Source of the DNA: an uncultured Gemmatimonadales bacterium | Lineage (GTDB): Bacteria > Gemmatimonadota > Gemmatimonadetes > Gemmatimonadales > GWC2-71-9 | NCBI GenBank assembly: GCA_963728915.1 | Contig: CAVSLV010000004.1 | Span: forward strand, 96,001 to 160,000 | Reading direction: 5' to 3' | Length of the DNA stretch: 64,000 bases | Shown: positions 48,946 through 56,685 of the stretch, piece by piece | Layout of the letters: every line of letters starts with the position of its first letter | Position numbering within the stretch: the first letter of the stretch is position 1 | Notes under the pieces: generated by a model | Told to the model about the DNA's origin: nothing | The model's database searches: none | Seen by the model: the letters and a program-made list of their open reading frames with translations, nothing else | Position numbers and translations under genes: made by a program

Positions 48946-50063
48946 AGGTTGCGATCTCCACCGGCGGCGGCGACGCCCCCGGCCTCAACGCCGTCATCCG
49001 CGCGGTCGTGCTGTCCGCGTTTCAGCGGGGCTGGGAAACCTACGGTATCCGCCGGGGATATGAAGGTCTGCTGGCCCGCGAGGAGCGGAGCGGCCGGGAG
49101 CGGCGACAGACCGATGCTCCCCCCGGTCTCATGCTGCTGGGCCCCGCTGAGGTGCGAGGGATCACCCACCTCGGCGGCACCATTCTCGGCACGACCAACC
49201 AGGGCAATCCCTTCGAATGGAACACCACCCGGGCCGATGGATCCGTCCTCACCGAGGACCGCTCCGACGAGCTGATCGGCGGGTTCCGGGCCCATGGTCT
49301 CGACGCCCTGATCGCGATCGGGGGCGAGGGAAGCCTGGGCATCGCGTGCCAGCTCCACCGCAAGGGCCTTCCGGTGGTCGGGGTGCCGAAGACGATCGAC
49401 AACGACGTGATGGGTACCGAGTCGAGCTTCGGTTTCGACACCGCGGTGGCCACCGCCACCGACGCGCTCGACAAGATCCACACGACGGCGGAGAGTCACG
49501 ACCGGGTGTTCGTGGTCGAGCTGATGGGGAGGTACAGCGGGTGGATCGCGCTGCACAGCGGCCTCTCGGGGAGCGCCGACGTCATCCTGATTCCGGAGAT
49601 CCCCTTCGACATCGACCAGGTCTGTGAGAAGGTCATGGAACGGGAGCGCCGGGGACGGCGGTTTTCCATCGTGGTGGCGGCGGAGGGCGCACGGCCGCAC
49701 GGCGGCTCCATGATCTTCCGGGAAGCGGCCGGCCCGGGCCGCCGGGAGCGGCTGGGGGGAATCGCGGAAGAAGTCGCCCGAGAGATCGCGGTGCGAACCG
49801 GCAAGGAGACCCGGAGCCTGGTCCTGGGGCATCTGCAACGGGGCGGCTCGCCCACCACCTTCGATCGACTGCTGGCGCTCCGGTTCGGCTCGGCGGCGGT
49901 GCGCGCGGTGGGGGAGGAAGACTTCGGCTGCGCGGTGGTGTACACGCCACCCACGGTGAGTCGTCTTCCCCTGACGGACATCATCGGGCGGACCAAGCTG
50001 GTGCCGCTGGACAGCGGGGTCATCATGACGGCCCGGAACCTCGGCATTTCCCTGGGAGACTGA
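48942..50063 (+). CDS. pfkA: 6-phosphofructokinase (group III, probably ATP-dependent)
   Basis: TGGGDAPGLNA, GGTILGT, GGEGS, PKTIDND, ELMGR and LGHLQRGG motifs. Confidence 0.92.
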   Translation: MKVAISTGGGDAPGLNAVIRAVVLSAFQRGWETYGIRRGYEGLLAREERSGRERRQTDAPPGLMLLGPAEVRGITHLGGTILGTTNQGNPFEWNTTRADGSVLTEDRSDELIGGFRAHGLDALIAIGGEGSLGIACQLHRKGLPVVGVPKTIDNDVMGTESSFGFDTAVATATDALDKIHTTAESHDRVFVVELMGRYSGWIALHSGLSGSADVILIPEIPFDIDQVCEKVMERERRGRRFSIVVAAEGARPHGGSMIFREAAGPGRRERLGGIAEEVAREIAVRTGKETRSLVLGHLQRGGSPTTFDRLLALRFGSAAVRAVGEEDFGCAVVYTPPTVSRLPLTDIIGRTKLVPLDSGVIMTARNLGISLGD

Positions 50064-50065
50064 AC

Positions 50066-50422
50066 GTGGCGACAGAACGGGCGTTGACGGACGGGGAGAT
50101 CGCGGAACGATTGAGCGGGTTAGGCACATGGCGGCACGAAGCCGGCGCGCTCCGGCGCACCTATCAGACCGATGGGTGGCGGGGCTCCCTGCTGGTGGCG
50201 AACGCGATCGGGTTCCTCTGCGAGGCGGCGGATCATCATGCCGATGTGCTGGTGACCTGGCCCCGGGTCGAAGTGAGTCTCTCCACCCACAGCGCCGGGG
50301 GAATCACCGAGAAGGATTGCGAGGTCGCCAGGCTGATCGAAGCCCAGATCCTGTGGAAGCCGGCGGCGGGCTCGAGCCTCCGCGGGCCGGCCCAGCCGTT
50401 CGTCAAAGAGCCGCGTCCCTAG
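50066..50422 (+). CDS. Pterin-4-alpha-carbinolamine dehydratase
   Basis: EAADHHAD...LSTHSAGGITEKD. Confidence 0.9.
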   Translation: MATERALTDGEIAERLSGLGTWRHEAGALRRTYQTDGWRGSLLVANAIGFLCEAADHHADVLVTWPRVEVSLSTHSAGGITEKDCEVARLIEAQILWKPAAGSSLRGPAQPFVKEPRP

Positions 50423-50916
50423 TCCGCGGGAAGCCGGTAGAAACCCGACTGGCCGGGGCTCTCCTCCACCTCGACTTCCAGAGCCTCGATCGCGCCCAGA
50501 CCTTCGCGGCCGAGATCGGCCTGAAGCCGATGGGCCAGATACTCGGCAATCCGCTCGGCGGTCGTGTTGCTGATCGGGAGCAGGGCGCAATTGGACCGGG
50601 GAAACACGAACTGGCGCGAACCACTGTAGTGCACCGCCAGGTACTCGCCCGCTTCCTCCAGCCGGAGCTTGGGGTTCTCGGTGGGGAGGAGGACCCGGTG
50701 ATCGACCGCCTGCACGTACGGTCGCACGATCCGCTTGAGCACGCCGAAATCCACCACGAAGCCGCATTCCGGATCGATCGGACCCTCGACCATGACCCCG
50801 ATCCGATAATTATGCCCGTGAAGGGATTCACACTGGTGCCCGGCGAGGGTGATGAAATGGGCCGCCGAGAATCCCAGATACTCCTTGGCAACCGAAACCC
50901 TGAACTGGGCCGACAC
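50419..50916 (-). CDS. queD: 6-carboxytetrahydropterin / 6-pyruvoyl-tetrahydropterin synthase
   Basis: FSAAH, CESLHGHNY, VVDFG, DHR, TTAE and VEES motifs; GGGAG RBS before GTG 50916. Confidence 0.85.
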   Translation of the reverse strand: MSAQFRVSVAKEYLGFSAAHFITLAGHQCESLHGHNYRIGVMVEGPIDPECGFVVDFGVLKRIVRPYVQAVDHRVLLPTENPKLRLEEAGEYLAVHYSGSRQFVFPRSNCALLPISNTTAERIAEYLAHRLQADLGREGLGAIEALEVEVEESPGQSGFYRLPAD

Positions 50917-51048
50917 GCGTCTCCCGAGGATGGTAGTGGCTGAGACTCGAATATATCGTGTCCGGGCGGCGACGCCGCCTGTCCCCGTCCGGAGACAAGC
51001 CCGTCGGCTCAAAACCCGTAACGACAATATTCACAACAAGATACAACA

Positions 51049-51064
51049 TGGCATGAGGTTCGCT
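51049..51064 (+). promoter_or_regulatory. Candidate sigma54 promoter
   Basis: TGGCAT-GAGGT-TCGCT preceded by an AT-rich tract and a TGTC-N10-GACA inverted repeat (50980-50997). Confidence 0.45.
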
Positions 51065-51104
51065 TTTCCCCAGGGTGCGATTGGCTTTCACCCTGGAGGT
51101 TTCC

Positions 51105-51638
51105 ATGTTGTCGCGATTTTTCGCCGGTTCGGCGCTGCTCGTTCCTCTCCTCTTCCTGGCCCAACCCGCGTCCGCGCAGCGGGTGAGCGCCGATATCCGG
51201 ATCGGCGGTGGTCCCATCGCCGGACACATCCGGATCGGGCCTGACTATCGAGCCCACCGAGTCGCCCGGGACGTGCGCGTCGAAGTGCTCCGTTCCCGGG
51301 ACTACTACCAGCGGGCCGATTGGCTGCGGCAGTTCCGTCGGGACGCCCGGGTCTTCGTGCTCTACTATGACCGGGACCGGGATTTCTACTCCGATCGCTT
51401 CCGTCCTGGACTCATCGAAGTGCAGGTCTTCGAGCGGGGCGGTCACTTCTACCGGTGGGATAATTCCCGATTCGACCGCTGGGTTCGGGACCGCTGGAGC
51501 GACGGCCGATGGGACGACCGGTTCGATGACCGGCGCGATAACCGCCGGAACGATCGGTCCGCTGATCGTCGGAACGATCGGCGGGACCCCCGGAGCGATC
51601 AGCGGGATTCTCGGGGCCGCCCACCGATCCGCCCATAG
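51105..51638 (+). CDS. Secreted hypothetical protein with an Asp/Arg tetrapeptide-repeat tail
   Basis: GGAGG RBS; signal peptide ending ASA-Q; DDRF DDRR DNRR NDRS-type repeats. Confidence 0.8.
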   Translation: MLSRFFAGSALLVPLLFLAQPASAQRVSADIRIGGGPIAGHIRIGPDYRAHRVARDVRVEVLRSRDYYQRADWLRQFRRDARVFVLYYDRDRDFYSDRFRPGLIEVQVFERGGHFYRWDNSRFDRWVRDRWSDGRWDDRFDDRRDNRRNDRSADRRNDRRDPRSDQRDSRGRPPIRP

Positions 51639-51681
51639 CAGTCCAGCTTGCCCCGGAGGGGCGGTGGCATGAGTTTCCATC

Positions 51682-52296
51682 ATGCTGACCGCCCTTCTCC
51701 TCACTCTCGACCTGGGGGGCGCCGCGAGCTGCGTGGCGCCCTCTGCTTTTTTCAGCGACAGTCTTGCCGCGTTGTTTCAGCGGGGGAGGAGCTACCCTGC
51801 TTTTCTGGAGGCGGCGAAGGCTCGCCGGGAAACCTGGCTCGAGAATACTGACGCTGCGACGCTCGATCTCCCGGTGCTGGCCCGCGCCCGCGCGGTTCCC
51901 GGCCCCTGGCAGCTCCTGGTGGTCGCGGAGGACTGGTGCGGCGATTCCGCCAACACCATTCCCTACATCGCCCGTCTGGTGGACAGCGTGCCTGCCATCA
52001 CGCTCAGGATCGTGAACTCGACCGACGGCCACTGGGTGATGGAACGCTACCGAACTCCGGATGGCCGAGCCGCCACGCCGACGGTGGTGCTGCTCGACCC
52101 GGCGGGAGATCCGGCGGGCTGTTTCGTGGAGCGGCCCGCCCCGCTTCGGGCGGCGCTCGAGGCCGCCCCCGGATCCCGCATGGAGACCATCACGGCGTGG
52201 CGCCGCACGGACGCGGGGCGCTCGACGGTTCGTGAAATCGTCGCGCTCCTGGAGGCCGCCGCTGCGGGAACCGGGCGGTGTGAGGCATCGCCGTGA
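51682..52296 (+). CDS. Thioredoxin-like protein (Thioredoxin_9 type, CxxS), probably exported
   Basis: VVAEDWCGDS...RAATPTVVLLD...ERP. Confidence 0.82.
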   Translation: MLTALLLTLDLGGAASCVAPSAFFSDSLAALFQRGRSYPAFLEAAKARRETWLENTDAATLDLPVLARARAVPGPWQLLVVAEDWCGDSANTIPYIARLVDSVPAITLRIVNSTDGHWVMERYRTPDGRAATPTVVLLDPAGDPAGCFVERPAPLRAALEAAPGSRMETITAWRRTDAGRSTVREIVALLEAAAAGTGRCEASP

Positions 52297-52934
52297 TCCC
52301 TTCGAAATGGTGGGCTCTCTTCGCCCTGGCGATCCCGGCGCGGGCGGCGGCCCAGTTCGAGGAGTCTCCGCGGGTGGAGCCGCGCATGGAGTTCGGCGCG
52401 AACGCCGCGATCACCTTCTCGAAATTCGGCGGGTCCGATGTCCAGGATCCCCGGGTGCAGTACGGATTCGGGGTGGGCGCCTTTCTCACCATGCATCTCA
52501 CCAGGAACTTCGCCTTCCAGCCCGAGCTGCAGTATGTGCAGAAGGGTACCCGCTATTCGAGCGGAGACACCAGGAGCTCGCTCCTGCTCGGGTATCTCCA
52601 GCTTCCTCTGCTGATGCAGGTGCGGGTCGCCAACGGACGATTCCGGCCCCAGGTGTACGGCGGGATCGCGGGCGGGTACCGGATCGACTGCCGTCTCAAC
52701 GTCACGATGGCGAACAACTCGATCTCGCAGTCCTGCAGCAATCTGCAGGAGCCGCCTCCCCGCCATGGTGAAGTCAGCGCGATCGTGGGGGCGGGGGTGG
52801 ATGCCGGGGTACTGCTGGTCGGCTTGCGGCTCGACTTGGGCCTAACCCGCATCGGCAGCACCACCGGGCAGGAGGACATCCGGAACCGCACCTTGTCGCT
52901 CGTGGTGGGGAGCGCGTTTCGGGGCCCACGATAA
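52293..52934 (+). CDS. Outer-membrane beta-barrel (porin-family) protein
   Basis: Signal peptide; FQPELQYVQKG, YLQLPLL and NRTLSL..F beta strands. Confidence 0.82.
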   Translation: MIPSKWWALFALAIPARAAAQFEESPRVEPRMEFGANAAITFSKFGGSDVQDPRVQYGFGVGAFLTMHLTRNFAFQPELQYVQKGTRYSSGDTRSSLLLGYLQLPLLMQVRVANGRFRPQVYGGIAGGYRIDCRLNVTMANNSISQSCSNLQEPPPRHGEVSAIVGAGVDAGVLLVGLRLDLGLTRIGSTTGQEDIRNRTLSLVVGSAFRGPR

Positions 52935-52975
52935 CCTGATCCACCCGATCCGCGCGGCCGGTTAGGTTTGGGGCG

Positions 52976-55540
52976 ATGCACCCGGCCCGCGATCACCACC
53001 TTCCGCTCGATCCCGCCGCCTACAAACACGCTGCCCATCCCCGCGGCCGGGTCATCGTCATTGCCCCGACCCGGGCGGCGTGCGAAACCATCGAGCTGGC
53101 GCTGGGGACCGAGGTCGAGACGCTGCTCCAGCAACGCCACGGGGCCGAGCTCCTCGGATGGGCCCAGGCGGGCAAGCCATTCGGAATCGTCGCGGGCACC
53201 GGCACCGGCAAGACGCTGTCGATTCGCCCGATCGCCCAGGCGATTCTCCACCAGGCGCTCCGCTATGGAGTGGTGAACCGGGAGCGCGAAGCCACTCCGG
53301 AGACCCCGTCCTGGAACGTGGTGATCGTGACCACCGGGATTGCGCGACGCTGGTTTCAGGACGATCTGATCAGCGCGCGCGATACCCTCGTCGTCGACGA
53401 GATCCATCAGACCTCCGCTGAGCTGGAGCTGTGCCTGGCGCTCGGCAAGCGGGCCGGCTGCCGCTTCATCTGGCTCTCGGCCACGGTGGACCCTGCCTTC
53501 TATGCCCGGTACCTCGGCAGCGCCGAGGTGCTGGAGACCAGCGCATTCGATCCCCGGCTCAAGGCCAAGGTCCAGGTGGTGCCCAAGGACGTCGAAGAAT
53601 TTCTCGACGACCGCTACCTGCGGCACATCATCCGGGAGAAGCGCGGCGTCGCGGTGTTCGTGCCGACCCGCGCCGAAGTGGAACGACTGGCGCGGGAGCT
53701 GGAGGAGCGCTGGTCGAGGCTCAACGCCGCGTTCTACCACGGAGGTGAGCCGATCCGGGTGATCCGGCCCTTCCTCGAGGGCGCCGTGTCCAAGCCCTTT
53801 CTTCTCGCCATGACCGCGGCGGGACAGTCGGCGCTCAACGTCCCCGGACTCGATACCGTGGTGATCTACGACGCGCGCTACGGCAACGTGGTGGATCGAG
53901 GCCGGAACGTGCTGCATCGGATGTATCTGGGCGCGAACGAGCTCCTCCAGATGGCGGGCCGGGTGCATGGCCGGGTTCCCCATGGCGAGGTCACCATTCT
54001 CTCCGACCGGCCGCTCGACTTCGCTTCGCTTCGTCCCGGTCCGCCCGAGTTCCAGCTCGCGGGAGACGCCGAGCGGGTCGCGCTCACCTGCGCCGCGCTC
54101 GGGGTGGACGCGCGGGACCTGGATCTGCCGGTTCCCCTGGACCGGACCGCCTATGGCCGCGCGGTCGAGCTCCTGACCTCCCGTGGGCTGATCGAGCGGG
54201 GGCGCCTCACCGAGTACGGCCGGGAAGTGGAGGCGATGCCGGTGGACCGTGCCTGGGCCGAGCTGCTGGTCCGGGCCGCGCCGGACGTGGTGCCGGTGGT
54301 CGCGGTCTGCTCCAATATCGATTCACTCCACCGGATGACCCGCGACGAGCGGGACCTGCACGGGGCGGAAGTGAAGGGGAGCGACCACCTCACGGCGTAC
54401 AATCTCTACGCCGAAGCGGTGAACCAGCATGGCGGGTTAGGCGAGATCTATGGCCTGCCTCGCCAGGTCTTCGAGGAAGGTCTGGAGGAATGGGCCGAGC
54501 GGCGCGGGGTCCTGGTCAAGGCGATCGAGGACATCGCGATGGGCGCCGCCTCGGTGTACCGGTCGCTGGAACAGCCGCTGCCCCGCACCCTGCCCTACGC
54601 CGGCCGGGAGCTCCGGGCCAGGTTCGCCGAGCTCCTGGCGGAGTGGATGCCCTTCGATCTGGTGATCGATGAACGCTCGGTGGACGGCCAGGAGGTCCGG
54701 GTGGCGCGGACCTCGGTGGCGGGCACCTGGGGCGCCGTCGCCGGGACGATCCGGTTCTTCGCGGACCGGTTCGGGGTGCCCCGGGCCTCGATCGAGGGCA
54801 CCACGATCTCCTACGAGCTGGTGCGCCGGTTCGCCAGCGCGGGGCCGCCCACCGTGGTCATTACCGGTGCGCGAAAGCATCAACAGCTCTCGATTGCGCG
54901 GCGGCGTTCGTACTTCGGCTTCGACCTGGAGACCGAGATCGAGCCGCTGCGAGGCCGTTTCCCCGCGGCCCTGGCCGACCCGGCGCGATCTGCGCTTGCC
55001 CGGGCCCTGCTGCAGGGGGCCACTCCCCACCCCGATCAGGGGCGAGTCCGGCGAGCGGTCGAGGCGCTCGGAGAGTGGTGGCGCCGATCGGGAGGGGCCC
55101 TCGACCAGGCTTCGGAGCCGGCGATCACCGCCTTGCTGCTCCAGCAGCTCACGCCGGTCGAGTCATGGGAGGAGTTCCTTGCTACGCCGGTCGGGCTCGA
55201 TGCCGCCGCGCTGGTTTCGGAAGACGAGCGACGCCGGTTGGATGCGCTTCCCGGGATGATCCGGGTGCACGGCGACGCGGTCGCGATCGAGTACGATGTG
55301 GAAGGTGGCGCAGCGGTGGCCCGCTTGCTGCTTCGCGAAGGCCAGGCGCGCCGGCTTCAGGCCAGGGACCTTCCTCCATTCGACCGCCCGCTCCAGTTCG
55401 TGGTGGCGCATCGGGGTGAGGAGCCGCTGGTGGCCGCATCAATCGAAGAGCTGCACCGGCTGCTTCGACAGCCCAGGCGCCATGCCAGACAGCCTGCCCG
55501 GCGGCCGGTCCGCGCCCGGCGTGGAGGCCGCCGCCGGTGA
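52976..55540 (+). CDS. SF2 DEAH-box (HrpB-like) helicase
   Basis: GTGTGKT, DEIH, SAT, FVPTR and QMAGRVHGR motifs; LTEYGREV HA2-like segment. Confidence 0.82.
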   Translation: MHPARDHHLPLDPAAYKHAAHPRGRVIVIAPTRAACETIELALGTEVETLLQQRHGAELLGWAQAGKPFGIVAGTGTGKTLSIRPIAQAILHQALRYGVVNREREATPETPSWNVVIVTTGIARRWFQDDLISARDTLVVDEIHQTSAELELCLALGKRAGCRFIWLSATVDPAFYARYLGSAEVLETSAFDPRLKAKVQVVPKDVEEFLDDRYLRHIIREKRGVAVFVPTRAEVERLARELEERWSRLNAAFYHGGEPIRVIRPFLEGAVSKPFLLAMTAAGQSALNVPGLDTVVIYDARYGNVVDRGRNVLHRMYLGANELLQMAGRVHGRVPHGEVTILSDRPLDFASLRPGPPEFQLAGDAERVALTCAALGVDARDLDLPVPLDRTAYGRAVELLTSRGLIERGRLTEYGREVEAMPVDRAWAELLVRAAPDVVPVVAVCSNIDSLHRMTRDERDLHGAEVKGSDHLTAYNLYAEAVNQHGGLGEIYGLPRQVFEEGLEEWAERRGVLVKAIEDIAMGAASVYRSLEQPLPRTLPYAGRELRARFAELLAEWMPFDLVIDERSVDGQEVRVARTSVAGTWGAVAGTIRFFADRFGVPRASIEGTTISYELVRRFASAGPPTVVITGARKHQQLSIARRRSYFGFDLETEIEPLRGRFPAALADPARSALARALLQGATPHPDQGRVRRAVEALGEWWRRSGGALDQASEPAITALLLQQLTPVESWEEFLATPVGLDAAALVSEDERRRLDALPGMIRVHGDAVAIEYDVEGGAAVARLLLREGQARRLQARDLPPFDRPLQFVVAHRGEEPLVAASIEELHRLLRQPRRHARQPARRPVRARRGGRRR

Positions 55541-56505
55541 GCGTGGTGCTGCCCGAAGTGATTTCGCCCGCCGCTATCCAGGAGGCGCGAAACCGGATCT
55601 ACGATTCCGCGATCCGCACGCCCCTGATTGAACTGCCCGCTCTGGGCTCGCGGTCCGGTCGGTCCATCTATCTCAAGCTCGAGTGTCTTCAGCCGGTCGG
55701 GTCCTTCAAGATCCGGGGCGCGCGGAACGCGATCGCCGCCATCGACCCTGATCGGCTTTCCGATGGCGTCTACACCGCGAGCGCGGGCAACATGGCCCTC
55801 GGTGTCGCCTGGTGCGCCCGGGAGCAGCGGATTCCGTGCACCGTGGTGGTGCCGGACAGTGCGCCGCGCGCCAAGCTCGACAAGCTGGAACAGCTGGGAG
55901 CCCGGATCGTCCCGGTCCCGTTCGCCGAGTGGTGGCGGGTCCTGGAAGAGCACCGCTTCGACGGGGTCGCAGGAACCTTCATTCATCCGGTGGCCAATGC
56001 CGAGGTCATCGCGGGGAATGCCACGATCGGCTGGGAGATTCACGAGGAGCTCCCTGCGGTGGCAACGGTCCTGGCGCCATTCGGGGGCGGCGGGCTGTCC
56101 TGCGGAATCGCGAGCGGGTTACGCGCGGCGGGCAGCGGGGCGCAGGTCGTGGGCTGCGAAGTGGAAACCGCCACGCCGCTCACGGCGGCGCTGGCGGCCG
56201 GCGGCCCGGTGAAAGTCGAGCGCACCCCGAGTTTCGTGGACGGGATCGGAGGCGCCGGGGTCCTGCCGGCGATGTGGCCCCTGATCCAGAGCGTGATCGC
56301 GGGTGCGATGGTCGTTTCCCTGCACGAGATCCGGGGGGCGATCCGGCTCCTGATCGAACGAGCCCATGTCGTCGCGGAAGGAGCCGGTGCGGCGCCGGTG
56401 GCCGCGGCATTTTCCGGGCGGGTGACCGGAGGTCCGGTGTGCTGCGTCGTCTCGGGAGGGAACATCGACGCGGCGGTGGTCGCCGACATCCTGGCCGGTC
56501 GATAG
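55537..56505 (+). CDS. PLP-dependent threonine/serine dehydratase family enzyme
   Basis: LKLECLQPVGSFKIRGA, SAGN, GGGGL, EGAGA and SGGNID motifs. Confidence 0.9.
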   Translation: MSVVLPEVISPAAIQEARNRIYDSAIRTPLIELPALGSRSGRSIYLKLECLQPVGSFKIRGARNAIAAIDPDRLSDGVYTASAGNMALGVAWCAREQRIPCTVVVPDSAPRAKLDKLEQLGARIVPVPFAEWWRVLEEHRFDGVAGTFIHPVANAEVIAGNATIGWEIHEELPAVATVLAPFGGGGLSCGIASGLRAAGSGAQVVGCEVETATPLTAALAAGGPVKVERTPSFVDGIGGAGVLPAMWPLIQSVIAGAMVVSLHEIRGAIRLLIERAHVVAEGAGAAPVAAAFSGRVTGGPVCCVVSGGNIDAAVVADILAGR

Positions 56506-56519
56506 CATGTTCGTTCGGC

Positions 56520-56548
56520 TTGACGGCGGTGGAGGTGGAGCGCATACT
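56520..56548 (+). promoter_or_regulatory. sigma70-type promoter upstream of the ankyrin gene leader
   Basis: TTGACG-17nt-CATACT. Confidence 0.65.
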
Positions 56549-56568
56549 CCTGCCAGCGCGTCCAGGGG

Positions 56569-56666
56569 GCGCCTCCGGTCCGCGGCAAGGGAGCAGGCTC
56601 CCACCCCTCAGGTCGGCAGGTCCATCGAGACCTTTCTCCTGCCTGCTCTCAGCGGACATCAGGCGT
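56569..56666 (+). ncRNA. Putative structured 5'-leader RNA (nested stems with a multi-branch junction)
   Basis: GCGCCT/AGGCGT, GTCCGC/GCGGAC and GGGAGCAGGC/GCCTGCTCTC nested stems, inner AGGTC/GACCT hairpin; ends 3 nt before the GGAGGA RBS. Confidence 0.6.
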
Positions 56667-56685
56667 ATCGGAGGAAGGTTGCCCC

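Noticed and set aside
50917..51050. preQ1 riboswitch upstream of queD
   Set aside because: No preQ1-I stem-loop with 3' A-rich tail on the minus strand; the AT-rich tract fits the divergent promoter better
51665..51680. Second TGGCATGAG sigma54-like site
   Set aside because: Lacks the -12 GC at the required spacing
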